Part shown: piece by piece, positions 45,407-58,957 of the stretch
Layout: each line of letters begins with the position of its first letter
Position numbering within the stretch: position 1 is the stretch's first letter
Assembly (NCBI GenBank): GCA_965112735.1
Contig: OZ218961.1
Span: 1,798,001-1,862,000 of the forward strand
Length of the DNA stretch: 64,000 bases
Direction: 5' to 3'
Source: Phaeosaccion multiseriatum
Lineage: Eukaryota; Protista; Ochrophyta, other classes
The notes under the pieces: model-generated
What the model saw: only the letters and a program-made list of their open reading frames with translations
The model's database searches: none
What the model was told of the DNA's origin: nothing
Program-made: the position numbers and the translations under genes

Positions 45407-46151
45407 CACACAGGCGAGCAGCTCTAGTGAGCCCGGGCACCTGCAGAACGACGAGGCCCTCCGACGATTGCGCTTCTTCGTCAACAGCATGTGAGTCTTT
45501 TTGAAAGAGTTTCAGTTCGTGCTGTCCGATGGAAGAGTTGGAGTTTCAATTTGTGCGCAACGCAACCACGCGACCCACACGACGCTTCGATATTTGAATC
45601 CATTTTATCATATTCGATGTTGATAAGAGCACATAACGAAAAACCACACCATCAAGCAACCAAACCACCAACCAGCACCTCTCTCATGGACCTCTCTCCC
45701 GTGCCTTTTCCCTTTTTCCCCTTGCCCCTGCCCCCCCCTCACAGGTTCGTGGAGCAGGTCAGTTGGAGTTTCAATTCGTGCAGTGCGATGGGAGAGGAGC
45801 CCCCTCTGTCTGTCGTACTCGTGTCTGTCCTGACACTCTCCTCTTGTCTGTCCTGACACCCTTCCTCTCTTGTCCTGACACCACCCACCCACCCTCTGTC
45901 CTGATACCCCCCTCTTGTCTGTCCTGACACCCTTCCTCTCTTGTCCTGACACCACCCACCCACCCTCTGTCCTGACACTCTCCTCTTGTCTGTCCTCACA
46001 CAGCCCCGAGTGGGCATCGTGGAAGCAATGCCCGCCTTCAGCACCCTCACCCCGTACTACAAGGAGGACGTGTTGTCGCAGATTGAAGACCTCAAGGACG
46101 TCACAGAAGACGGGGTGACCGTCATCGAGTGAGTGTGTATCCCCAACACGT

Positions 46152-46205
<54 letters not shown>

Positions 46206-46535
46206 TAGGGATGTTTTGTTCTTTGTTGCCATTTGTTGTCTGCACCGTAGGGGTGTGTGTGCGTGTGTGAGAGTGTGAATGTATCGATTGGGGGCATCAA
46301 GGACATCACACAAGACGGCGTCACGGATCGTCTTTCGAGTGTGTATCACCAACACGTGTGTGAGTGTGTGTACAGGTCTTGCTTTGCATACTGTTTGAGT
46401 GCCTCATCATCTGTTCTTCAATCCGTCATCCTCTGACAATCTACCCTCCTCATCCTAATCCTCCTACTTCTACTTCAACTACTACTAATACTACTACTCT
46501 CCTCCTCCTCCTCCTCCTTCCTTCCCATCCTACTT

Positions 46536-46574
<39 letters not shown>

Positions 46575-49500
46575 GTGCTGCTGCTACCCCCCCCCCCCCC
46601 CCCTTCCCCTCCTCCTCCTCCTCCTCCTCCTCCTCCTACTACTACTACCACTACTACTACTACTACTATTACTATTCCTACTGCTCCTCCCCCTCCTCCT
46701 CCTCCTACTACTACTACTGCTACTACTACTTCTGACACCAGGTATCTTCGCACCATCTACCAAGACGAGTGGAACGCCTTTGTCGAGCGCATGATCCGAC
46801 AGAACACACTCATAGACGAGGTGGCCAACCATGACGGAGAGACCAAGCTACAGATAGAGGAAGAGGTCGCAGACAAGGTGAGTGAGGGAGGGAGGGAGTG
46901 TGTGAGTGGGTGAGCGAGGGGAGGAAGGGGAGGAAGGGAGTGAGTGTGTGAGTGAGTGAATGAGTGAGTGAATGAGTGAGTGGGTGAGTGCCAAGTACTG
47001 ACTGACTGACGACTGACTGGCTGACTGACATGGCTCACTGCCGCACTGCACGCACACACACACACACGCACACACACACACGTTGGTGATACAGGAGGAA
47101 CTTATCCTCAAGTTGCTGGAGAGGATTTTGTTTTACGTCCCGAATGCAGATGACGACGAGGAGGAGAGCCACTTCTCCACCGAGCAGCTCGACCACTGGC
47201 TGGAGTTCGAGGTCAACGGGGGGGTAGGAGGAGGAGTGGCAGGAGTAGAAGGAGATGGACCACAACACATCTATGGCGACACGGAGGGGGAGGGCATGGC
47301 GGACTCAGGCTACGATGGAATGCTGATTGCCAGCACGGCAACCGCGGCGGAAGGAGGGTTGATGCCTGCCGATGGAGGAGGGAGGCAGGGAAGGGGGGGG
47401 GGGGAGCGGCCTGGCTCTCTCGGTCAGTCGTCTGCGACCTCTGGCACGTCGGCTCCCTCGGCCCCCTCCACCACCACTCAGAGGCAGAGTATATCAGCGA
47501 TGGCCGAGACCAAGAGAAGGAAGCTGCGGGTCAAGATTCTGGAGGCCCAGCTGGAGGAAACGGTGCAAGTAAGTGAGGGTGTGGGGGGACGGAGGGAGAG
47601 AGGGCGAGGAGAGGAGGAAGGGAGGGAGGGCAGGACCGAGGGAGTGAGTGAGTTGAGAGAGCTTTACTGTAATTTGTAATGCTCTGTCTGTGGTGGAAGG
47701 AGCGTATGTGCCGATGAGTACGAGATCGATCTGCCGAAGACGTACACAGTTGACACTCTTCCGTCTTCTGTACCTCTTTCACCACACACACACACACACA
47801 CATGTCATACTAAGACGGAGGTGCAGCAGTGGGCATCATTCAGAGCCCAGACCCTGGCCAGGACCGTCAGAGGGTTCATGATGTTCGGTCGTGCGGTGCG
47901 TCTCCTCGCCGCTGTGGAGGCAAAGAGGGAGTTCCAACCTCCGGAGGAGCAGGTGGCCATACGGTGCCCAGGGGCCGGCAGTTCCGGAGACGGCATCCAG
48001 GGGGGTGGGATCCTGGGCGGGGGGGGGGGATGGGGCCCTTCGATGGTGGTGAGCAATGCAACGCTTCAGACGGAGGACTGTAGGGAGTACGATAAGAGTC
48101 TTGGTTTGGCTCTGCACGCACACAGGTGAGGAGGGTGGGTGGATGGGGTGGGGCTGTATCACAGCCCGCTGTATTATCAACAGCTGTACCAACTGTATCA
48201 CCAGCTGCTGCTTGATCGCCAACTGCTGCTCTATCACCAACGGCTGTTCAAACTCTTGTCACCAACTGCTGTATCACCAACTCAGATACGTGGTGGCGGC
48301 TCAAGTGTTCAAGGCCATGAAAGGCGGCTCTGCAGCAGACAAGCAGAAGGCCAAGGACATCGAAGCGCTTGCAAGAGAATACCCCGGGCTGCACATCGCT
48401 TACGCCGATCAGAAGGATGGGAGGCACTACTCGGTGAGTAGGGGGGGGGGGAGAGGGAGGGGAAGAGGGAGGGGGAGGTGGAGGGAGGGAGGGGCAGGCA
48501 GGCAGGGAGGGAGGGAGAGGGCAAGGGAGGGAGAAAGGGTGTATACATCAAGTCATGACAACAAAATTTTAAAAAATCGAGACCACACCTCACCCCATCC
48601 CATTCACTGCCGTCCCATCCCATCCCATCCCATCCCATCCACTGCCATCCCATCCCATCCCATTCACTGCCATCCCATCCCATCCCATTCCATCCCATTC
48701 ACTGCCGTCCCATTCCATCCCATTCACTGCCATCCCATCCCATCCCATCCACTGCCATCCCATCCCATCCCATTCACTGCCATCCCATCTCATCCCATCC
48801 GCTGCCATCCCATTCACTGCCATCCCAAATGTCTCTGCAGGTGCTGGAGAAGTGGGACGAGGCGTCGGGCGGGATGGTGGAGGAGTACAGAGTAGAGCTG
48901 CCTGGCAAGATCCTGCTCGGGGAGGGCAAACCGAACAACCAAAACCACGCCCTCATCTTTACAAGAGGAGAGGCCGTGCAGGCGGTGGACATGAATCAGG
49001 ACAAGGGCTTGGAGAATGCGCTGCGCTGCAAGCAGGTGGGTTAGTTTGTATGTCAATGGGGGCGGGGGGGACGGGGGTTTGGATGTTTTTTTTTTTTTGT
49101 TTTTTTTTTTAATTTCATGACAAGACAAATCAAAGCCACTCAGAAACAACTCCAACACACTTCCATGATTCATGATCATTTAACCAACCCACCAACAATT
49201 CAAACAAACAAACAAACAAACAAACAGGTGATGGCAGAGTTCCGCTTCGGCGACGAGACGCACCCCCGCCACACTCCTCCGAACATCGGCCGCATTGTGG
49301 GCTACAGAGAGCATGTGTTCACGCACAACGTGTCCAGTCCGGCCAACTTCTTCTCTCTGCAGGTACGTGCGTAAGGATATACGTAAGGAAGGTTAGGAAG
49401 TAGTATTATAGTGGTTCAGACTTCACTTTTTTCGCTAAAACATCTGTGTTATATGTTGGTGTCTGAGCGGTGCCTATTGGCTGATGAATGCACTTGTTCT

Positions 49501-51443
49501 TCTGTCTGTGAGACATAGTTATTACGTGGAGAGAGATACAATTGAGAGGGTCATAGAAAGATGGAGCGAGGGCTAGTGTTAGAGAGAGGGAGAGAGAGCG
49601 AGAGAGAGAGGGGGGGATAGTCATGGAGAAAGAGAGACAGAAAGATAGTGTTAGAGAGAGGGAGAGAGAGCGAGAGAGAGAGGGGGGGATAGTCATGGAG
49701 AAAGAGAGGACAGAAAGAGAGAGAGGTCTCTAATCTGTGGCTCAAACCGAACCGTTTCGCGACACCCCCCCCCAACGCACGCAACACGCCCTACACACAT
49801 GACATAAATCCCACAGGAGCTGAACTTCGTAACCGCCACTCAGCGTGTGGTGAGCACTCCTCTTGAGGTGCGCTTCCACTACGGCCACCCCGACCTCTTC
49901 GACAAGGTACGCCAGTTGGAGTTTCAGTGTGTACACCCGTTGGAGTTTCAGTGTCATGACTTTGTTTAGGAGTTAGAATTGCTGTTTCAGCTTAACATTC
50001 AGCTGGAGAGTCGCCTTGCCGCGTGGTAGGGTAGGCTAACTTACCCTACCCTACCCTATATATATATACCTTAGCCTACGCTTCCCTACCCTACGCTACC
50101 CTAAACTGCCATACCTTACCCTCCCTGCCTCCTACTGCCTGCCCATATGCCCGTATGCCTGCCTGCCCATATGCTCCCATGTCCATGTCTCCGCCTGCCC
50201 ATATGCCTATAATATATTATAACCCATATACCTGTACTTTTCGCACCTACCTCCTCACAGGTGACGACCATGACGATGGGGGGAATGTCCAAGTCCAGCA
50301 AGGGCGTCAACCTCTCGGAGGACATCTTCGCAGGCTTCAATTGGGTGCTGAGAGGGGGCGTGTCAACCCAAGCTGACTACATTGAGTGCGGCAAGGGGAG
50401 GGACACCGGCGTGAGTCAAATTACGGGCTTCACGGCTAAGATCAGCATGGGCAATGGCATGCAGGTACGTTTGCTTCATTGGCTTATTTACTCGTTTGCT
50501 TCATTGGCTTGCTTCTTGTTTTCTTGGCTTGGCTCGCTTGTTTGCTCTGCTTGGCTTTGCTTGGCTTGGCAATTGGCTTATCTTGGCTTGGCTCAAGCAA
50601 GCATTGGCTTGCTCCGCTTGCTCCTTCCTTGGCTTTTGCTTGCTTGCTTGCTTGCTTGCTTGCTCGCTCGCTCGCTTGCTCACTCATTCACCACTCACCT
50701 CACGCACACACTCCCAACTCCTCCCCCTCCCTCTCTGTCCTTAAGGCCCGCTCTCGAGATGTGAATCGGCTGTCGTCTCAGTTCGACTTTGCGCGACTGC
50801 TTAGCTTCTACTACTCCACGGTTGGAGGTTTCATGAACCAGGTACTGTATAACCAACTGCTGTACCACCACTGCTGCTGTACCACCATCTGCTCTTGGTG
50901 TCTCACCACCTGCTCTGGCTATGTCACCATCCCCCCTTGCTGCACCACCAACTGCTGTACCACCAACTGCTGTACCACCCTCCAACAGGTGTTCCTCATC
51001 CTGTCCATCTTCGTGTTCATGTACAGCCGTGTGTACCTGGCCTTCGACCCCAACACCGCAGAGCTGGTAAACGCTCTCAATAACTTGGAGGGCGTTTCAG
51101 TGCAGTATACTCTGCAAGTGGGCTTCCTGCTCATTATCCCTATCCCGCTCGTCGTCGCGGTGGAGATGGGGTTGGTCAAGGCCGCAAGTACGTTCGGCCC
51201 GTATGGCAGTTGGTAGTCCACATCGTTAGTCTGACTGACTCTGTCTGACTCCTGACACCTGATACCTGATTACCCCCCCCCCCTCTGCAGGCACCCTGGC
51301 CGGTGTGCTGCTCCGCTTGGCCCCGCTCTTCTTCATCTTCTCCACAGGCACCAACGCACACTACACCAACTCGGCCATCATGGCAGGCCAGGCCAAGTAT
51401 CAGGTAAGTCAGTGACGTGCAGTTGGGGTTTCAGCTCTCTACC

Positions 51444-51491
<48 letters not shown>

Positions 51492-53112
51492 GATTTCTGT
51501 TGAGAGCTCGATCCCCCATCTCTTCCAAACAGATCCCTCTCTTACCCTCACACCCATCCGGTGTGTGCGTGCGTGTACACCAACCACACCACAGGCAACC
51601 GGGCGCGGCTTCGCCATCAGCCACGAGCCCTTTTTGCAGTCCTACAAGGCCTTCTTCGTATCACACTTCCAACCCGCCTTCGAGCTTCTTGTGCTGCTCA
51701 TCATTTACGGGGCCTACACGCCGCTGCCGGCCTACGGGTGTGTGGAGGGGAGGGAGGGAGGAAGGGAAGGGGTGGAGGGGATGAAGGGAGGGAGGAAGGG
51801 AGGGACGGAGGAAGGACGGGAGGGAGGGAGAGAGGTACGGGCATACGAATATGAGCGTAGCGCGAGAGTATATTTTGGCAGAAGTGCGGGCAGGTGTCTT
51901 TTGCCTCCCTCTCTCTCACCCCCCCCCCCTCCCTCCCTCCCTCCTTCCCTCTCTCCTCCGTCCAGCCTGGAGACCTTCTCTGTGTTCCTGGTGGTGGTGG
52001 GGTGGATGTTCGTGCCCATCATGTACAACCCTGAAGGACTCGACATCTCCTACGTACAGCACAGCGCGATTGAGTGGTGGGCGTGGATGGTTTCCGAAGC
52101 ACCAGAGGCCCGAAGCTCCTGGAGGGCCTGGTTTGATGGCTTACTGCGAGAGGACTACCAAATGATGAGGCATAAGAAGGCGGAGGCCACCGTTCGAAGG
52201 CTGCGTTTCGCATTGTTGGCCTGGGGCTTCTTCAAGAAGTTCAACGATGACGTGGAGTCCAAGCGTTTCAACTTGGCCTGGGTCATTGTCATCTCCCTGG
52301 GGGTGGTGACCATCTCCCTCCTTGTGTCACTGCGCCGCACAAACAGCAAGGAGGCCAAGAGTGACGATTCTTTCGGGGCCGAGGATCGGACCCTCCACCG
52401 CCTTGGCGCACTGCTCTTCATCCTGGTTGTCATAGGTGTCGGCATTCTTGTGCTGGCGCTCACGACGGCGGACTTTGGTCAGCTCCTCTCGGTTGTGGCG
52501 GGGCTTCTCGCCACCTTCTACTTTGTTTCGAGTGTCCTCACTCTGTGGGTGAAGGATGCAGCGAGTAAGATTGGAGCCGTGCGTACGGTGTTTTACACGG
52601 TGCATGTGGCTGTAGGCGCGGTGATTCAGCTTCCCGTGCTGCTGCTCTCTCTTCTGCCCTTCCTGGCGAGCCTGCAGACAAGGATGCTTTTCAATGCTGA
52701 GTTCTCGGATAGGTTTCAGATTGCGAGGATATTCAAGCGAGAGAAGGAGAGGCAAACGGTGAGGGAGGGAGGGAGGGAGGGAGGGAGGGATGGAGAGGGT
52801 CAGTGAATACGCGGCACTTCTGTCACTGCTACAGTCTTTATGCACCTCCCGATGTGTGTGCCTAGTGAGTTGTCTCTGAACTGATTGGCTGACTGGCTGA
52901 CTGTCTGATTACGTGACTGGCTGACTGACTGATGGACTGACTCACTGACTCACTGACTCACCGACTGACTGACTGACTGACAGACAGACAGATTGACTGA
53001 CTGATTGACCGACTGACTGACTAAGTGACTGCCACATCAAAATCCCTACCACCACCTCCCTACCTGCCATTGGCCTCTCCTTTTCTTCCAGGTGAAGCTC
53101 AAGCGGGAGTGA
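37407..53112 (+). CDS. 1,3-beta-glucan (callose) synthase, GT48 / FKS-GSL family, more than 25 exons
   Basis: Motifs in order: FGFQPDNVRN, LYLLLWGEAANLRFCPE, KNYDD|FNE.FW, KTFTERQSW, RRLRFFVNS, FSTLTPYYKEDV, YLRTIYQDEWNAF, WASFRAQTLARTVRG, GEGKPNNQNHALIFTRGE, DMNQD, GYREHVFT, RFHYGHPD, GGMSKSSKGVNLSEDIFAG, CGKGRD, ATGRGF, then C-terminal TM helices. The start could be 37407 or 37431. Confidence 0.93.
45805..45998 (+). repeat. Intronic tandem repeat of about 71 bp built on TGTCCTGACAC subunits
   Basis: CCTCTTGTCTGTCCTGACACCCTTCCTCTCTTGTCCTGACACCACCCACCCACCCTCTGTCCTGA occurs twice, plus partial copies. Confidence 0.8.
48595..48826 (+). repeat. CCATC/CCATTCACTGCCATC minisatellite, intronic
   Basis: Tandem imperfect units. 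The same ATCCACTGCC unit recurs at about 6204-6290, 31158-31320, 39640-39735 and 40860-41120. Confidence 0.85.
49574..49710 (+). repeat. Intronic tandem duplication with a period of about 72 bp
   Basis: TAGTGTTAGAGAGAGGGAGAGAGAGCGAGAGAGAGAGGGGGGGATAGTCATGGAGAAA occurs twice. Confidence 0.8.
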
Positions 53113-54827
53113 GTGAAGTCAAAGGCCTGGAGGCAAGGAAGGAGAGGGCGGGGAGAGAGTGAAGTGAGAGGAAAGGCTTTTGAGACGGGGGGACGAGCTC
53201 TAAGAGAGAAGGGGCGGTAAGACAAAGAGGGAGAAAGAGTGAGAGAGGGAGGGAGGGAGAAAGAGAGAGGGCGAGGGAGAGAGAGAGAGAGAGGGAGGGA
53301 GGGAGGGAGAGAGAGGGCGAGGGAGTGGGAGAGAGAAGGAAGAGAGAAGCGGGAGAGATACTGAGAGAGAGCATATGTATGTGCAGTGAGGAAGGGCGTT
53401 TCCCTTACCTTGTGTCACGTCCTTCGGGCCCGTCCGTGCTTCCTCGACCTTCGTCTTGGAGCGGCGCTCTAGGGACAAGAACCGAGCAAGGGGGAGGGGA
53501 GGGGAGGGGAGGGGAGGCCGAAGGCATCAATATTTTAGGTATATTTTGTGTGGTATCGTAGGATATAAGCAAGTGAGTGGGAGGTGGGTGGGTTGGTGGG
53601 TAGATGGGTGGGCAGGGGGGTGGGTACGTAGGTGGGTGTATCCGTCCAGTCCCCAGGGGGCGACGACCTACCGCAAGGGGGCGGGGGGAGGGGAGAGGGA
53701 TGGGGGATGGCGAAGCAAGCAATCAATCCCTTTCTCTGCACACCTTGGGCTCCTGACACCCCGCACAGCACCGCACCTCGCCCCAGTGACAAAGGTGGTA
53801 GCAGGTGTCAGGATTGACATCGGCACTTGCGGCCATCTGCTGCTGCCGTATCACCAACTGCTGCTGCTGCTGCTGCTGCTGCTGCCGTATCACCAACTGC
53901 TGCGGCTGCTGCTAGTAGTGGTGATGGGGGGAGGAGTGGGGCGGGATGGACTTGGGTGGAGGGGTGGTGGGAAGGTGCCCCGGTTCGTTTTTCGTTTGGG
54001 TCACGTCGAGAGGAAAGTGTTTGACCACACAGCATGACGTACTATTACATTACAGTAGGCATTCAATTAAGAGAAAGAGAAGAGAACTCTTGTCATTATT
54101 TTGAATGACCTTACTTTTTTTTTCACATTCATTTCTTTAGTTTGTTGATTTTATCTCTATTAGTGGCTTACCCCCTGGACTCATGTAAAACAAAACAAGG
54201 GAGGAGTGTGTGTGTGTGTGTGCGTGTGTGTGTGTGTGCGCTCCCGCTCCTGCAGCCGGTACCCGGAAACCGGTTTCCACTGATAACCAAGTAAACTTGG
54301 GGTTATAATGCTGCTGCACCCACCCACCCACCCATCTACTCATTCACTCACTCACTCACTCCACCACTACCGCCGATACCCCACACCGCACCACATCATC
54401 ACCGCCGATACCCCACACCGTGCGTCTCCGTCTCATCATGGTATGCGCATTGGTGGTATGGTGTGTCGCCAACCCTCGTTGCCTACTCTGTTACCAACTG
54501 CTGCTGCTGCTACTGCTGCTGCGGCTGGGTCCGCCTGATTCCGAAGGGTATTATCATAAATATATTTATCTCCATAGAGATAAATCATGTTCGTCTCTGC
54601 CCCTCCCCCACCTCTTCGACAGATGGTGTTCGTCCCCTCCCTCCCGGCCTTAGTCAGCCCAACCGCTCCATTCACTCCCTGCAGGCTCCACTGGGGTCCT
54701 TCTCCTCCCCCTCCCTCATTGTCGTCGCGCGAATGTACATCACATGGCCGCATCCCCCCACACCCCTTCACTACTCCAGTGGGCAAAGAGAGTCCTCGCC
54801 CCTCCCTCCCTCCCTCCCTCCCTCTCC

Positions 54828-57800
54828 TCATGGGAAGAAGTCAGCAATGCTGTCTACATACATATCCGGGTAAATCTTGTTCTCTTCACTCAGCAGCTTC
54901 TTCTCACTCGTCACCCCACTGAGGGTGAGGCAACTCATGAGCCCGTTGTTGGTACCGAACACAATGTCCGTGTCTAAGCGGTCTCCCACCTGAGGGGCGG
55001 TTGGAATTTGAATTTCAGTTGGGTTTTAGCCCGAGGTTGGCTTTCAATTCACCCCCTCCCTCCCTCCCTCCCTTACTCTACTCATACTCACTCACCACTC
55101 ACTTCACGTCACTTGACTCAGTCATTTCCTCCTTGACTCACTTCACCCACTTCCTCACTCACTCATCCACTCCCGCACCCACTTCGCTTCCCTCACTCAC
55201 TCTCACGCCCCTCCTCCCTGTCCCTGCCCGCACCCCCCCCCCCCTCATGCTACTTCACCTCACTGACTCACCATCATGATCCGATCTCTCTTGACCTTGA
55301 ACTTGTCGATGATGTAATTGATCATCAAAGGAGAGGGCTTGCCCACCAAGATGGGTTGTTGGTTTGTGCATCCCTTTGGCGGCGAGAGAGAGAGGGAGAG
55401 AGAGGGAGGAAGGGAGGTAGGAGGGAAGGGAGAGAGAGAGAGGGAGGGAGGAAGGAGAGAAGGGGTGGAGAGAGAGAGAGGGAGGAGAGAAGCCAGAGAG
55501 AAGAGAGAGAGAGAGAGGGAGAGAGAGGGAGGAAGGGAGGTAGGAGGGAAGGGAGAGAGAGAGAGGGAGGGAGGAAGGAGAGAAGGGGTGGAGAGAGAGA
55601 GAGGGAGGAGAGAAGCCAGAGAGAAGAGAGAGAGAGAGAGGGAGAAGAGAAGGGAGAGAGAAATAGAGAGGGAGGGAGGAGAGAACCCAGAGCAAAGAGA
55701 GAGCCAGACCGGGAGGGAGGGAGAGAAGGGAGAGAGAAGAGAAAAACTTGACATGAGATAAGAACGACGAGAGACGCATGTAAATCCTACCACACACGCG
55801 CTCACACATTGCCCACTCACCACACACACACGCACACGCACACGCATACACACGCATAATCCACTCACCACAATAGCGTTGACCATGGAACCGTTCCCCG
55901 CCCACTTCTGCGCATCGGTGAGGTGCGTAACGGCGTCTCTGTTGGTGGCAATGAATTCACAACCTATGTTCTGATTGATACACAGCTGCGCGTACTGAAT
56001 CTTGTAGTAGTTGATCTCTCGGTCAAAGCCCACAATCACCGCTCCAACGTCCTTGTCGTACGGGAGGGCGTAACCGGACTTGAGCTCCACGCGCTATTGA
56101 GATGCGGTACGGCAAGTTGGTGATACGGGAGTTGGTGATACAGGAGTTGGGTGTTAGGTGGTGGAACAGTTGGTGATACAGCAGCAGCAAGAATGAGTAT
56201 AGTACCGCTTAGCAACACGCCCCCCCCCCCCCCCCCCCGCCTCCCTCTCCACCTCCCCATCCACTGCCATTCTGAGCTGGCTGAGCGGGCCCTCGCCACC
56301 CCTCCCCGATCCCTTCCGATTGTTTTTGAGTGCGTAGAGGCTGCTCGCGTACGTGTTGCTCACTCCCACTGCTGTACCACCAATTGCCGCTGGTGATGCT
56401 CCTCCTCGTGTTGCTGTCTTTCTCCTCCCTCTCGTTCACTTCCTCCGTCTTTGCATCACCCCTCCCCTCTCTTCTTCCTGTCTTCACCTCCCAACCCCTC
56501 TCTTCCTCCCTTCCCTTTTGTTCTCCTCTCCTCCCCCCCCCCCCCCCCCCCGCTCCTTCACTGACCCACCTACCTTTTCCTTATCCTCCGGGCCGCCAAA
56601 GTAAGGAATATCGAGCAAGTCGAGTTCCTCCGTGATACCCACCTCTCCAATTACATAAACCTTCTTGCCGGTCTCCTGTTCTCAAGTACACAGCACACAC
56701 ACACAGAGAGAGAGGGAGGGAGGGAGAGGAAGGGAGGGAGAGAAAGAGAGAGAAGAGAGGATGGAGAGAGAGGGAGGGGGGAGAGAAAGAAAGAAAGAGA
56801 GAGAGAGAGAGGGAGGGAGAGAGAGAGGGAGGGGGGAGAGAAAGAGAGAGAGAGAGGGAGAGAGGGAGGGGGGAGAGAAGGAGAGTAGAGACGAGGGCAT
56901 TACGAGGTAGGAGAAGATAGCATAGATTGATGGTAGATGTGAGGCGTGGGCCCCCGAACAAGATTCACTCGAGAAACAGGGGTCTGCTGGCCTCGCTACT
57001 GCTGCTGCTGTATTACCAACTGCGGCTGCTCCCTCTGCCCTTGCCTGCCTCTGCCTATATGACTGCTCCTGTCTCTGCCCCTGCCCCATGCGATATCCCT
57101 AACCTTGAACTTGGTCTGCTCGAGGTATGCGGCGGCGGCGAAAGAGGAGGAGAAGATCTCCTCGGGATCAACCTTAAGGCCCAGAGCATCGAACTTGGAC
57201 TTGTAGCCCTGGGGCAGGTATATGGGCAGAAACATAAGGCAGTAGATAGATAGAGGGAGGGAAGCAGGGGGTGGTATGGGGGGAGAGGGGGAGAGAGTGA
57301 GAGATAGGGAGAGTTATGGAGCAGAAAAAGTGTCCTACATACATATATACACCTACACGCACACACATGCAACACAAGATAGCGGGGAGGCGACAAACTT
57401 AGGAGCGGGGCAGGGAGGGCACGGGATGGCAGGGGATGGCAGAGAGTGGCAGGGGATGGCAGAGGAGGGGCCGACACCAGCGAGCCCACCACGAGGCCCT
57501 CGGAGCTTGTCCAAAGTGCAAAGGACACCACACAGGCGTGTGGGCGTGGCGCGTGGCCGTGGCCATCGTGGATCGGACGCCCTTGCCCCCCCACCTCACC
57601 CACTCACTGACTCATGCACTTCCTCCCTCCCGTCCTCACCCACCTTCACTCCCGCCCTCTCTTACTGACTGACTAACTCACTGACCCACCTTGCGGCTCT
57701 TTGTGGAGTTGTTGGTGACAAAGAAGCACTTCTTGCCGGCAGCACGGAGCTTGTCCAGGGTTGTGGACACGCCTTCGATGATACTGTCTCCCTATAGGAG

Positions 57801-58661
57801 AGGACAGAGGAGTATGAGATGGATACACCCGGCCGGACAGGAGGGCGGGCAAAGGAGGGAAAGAGGGTGGGAAGGGGAGAGGCAGAAGGGGACGGAAGTA
57901 GTGGGTGGTGAGGAACAGGCGAGCGGAGAAAGAGAGAGACTGAGCAAAGTCGAGCACCGCAGAAGGAGTAGAAGCGGCGTTGCTCCGTGGTTCGTTGCTG
58001 CAATACTCCGAGTGCAGTTCCTCCACAATCTTCTCTTCATGCTCTTCCTGCCCTCCACCCCCCTCAAGCGGCTCAGAGGCAGAACCATACCCCCCCCCCC
58101 CCTCCCTCCCTCCCTCCCTACCTTCCAGATGACACCGTCGCAATCAAAGATGAACACGTCAGTCTTGTCCATGATTTGCGCCTGGGGGTCGACCAGGCGG
58201 CCACCAAGAGTGTTGCTCAATTTGGTGCCGGTGGAGAGGGTACGGGTTGCCCCTACTCCAGCTGTGGTTGCATCACATGGGTGTAGGTTGTGGAGCAGCA
58301 GAGGGGTGGTGGGGAGGAAGAGGGAGGGAGGAGAGTCAAGATGGTGGACTGCCGTTGAGAGAACGTCTACCCTGCTTCAGCGAGACGTATGGTTTGATTC
58401 ATTTGGCTTTGGAGACTCTCCATCGACGAGTGGATTCCCTCCGCACAGGCAGCAGAACCAGTAGCCGAGAGCCACATGCTGCCCCGCTATAAGCCTTGAA
58501 GTCTCTATTTCACAAATCCGACTTCACTAAAGGAGCGTTTTTAATCTCTTGTTTATCCCTTGTCACTCACTTGCGGCCACGGTGGGAAGAAAGGCGGAGG
58601 ACGATCCCATGAGGGACAGGAAGGACAGCGCAGAGGTGGCGGCCCGCATCGTGATGGCCAT
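54828..58661 (-). CDS. PGLP1: Plastid-targeted phosphoglycolate phosphatase (HAD IIA)
   Basis: Exon 1 58661-58571 is MAITMRAATSALSFLSLMGSSSA-FLP (ASAFAP-type leader). It is followed by FIFDCDGVIW, FVTNNSTKSR, FIATNRDA, AGNGSMV, VGKPSP and MVGDRLDTDIVFG. Confidence 0.93.
55384..55642 (+). repeat. Intronic purine-rich tandem duplication (unit about 125 bp)
   Basis: The block containing GGAGGTAGGAGGG...GGGGTGG...GAAGCCAG occurs twice. Confidence 0.8.
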
Positions 58662-58957
58662 GAGGGGAGGGAATAAAACGGAATTTGGTCGGAATGTGCA
58701 CGATGAACGATGTCGATGATGCCCCACAATTTCCCCTGGACTGCCATCCGGGAAAGCGGGGGAAGCTGAAACTGAAATAACCCTAGAAAAAACAAAAACC
58801 TTCCTTCGTTTCCTCCTCTCTCTCCTACCCTGCTGCTTGCTACAGCTGTACTGACCGCCTCCCCAGACCCGCTTTCGTTTCCTTGCAGTGGTGAACGCTT
58901 TCCTCACGGACCTCACTCGCCATCATTCAGCTAGTCCTTTGGAAATAAGGGAGAGCG

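Noticed and set aside
45805-45998. CRISPR-like regularly spaced repeats (also considered for the 48170-48282 cluster)
   Set aside because: Eukaryotic intron, the 'spacers' are themselves repeated, and there are no cas genes.
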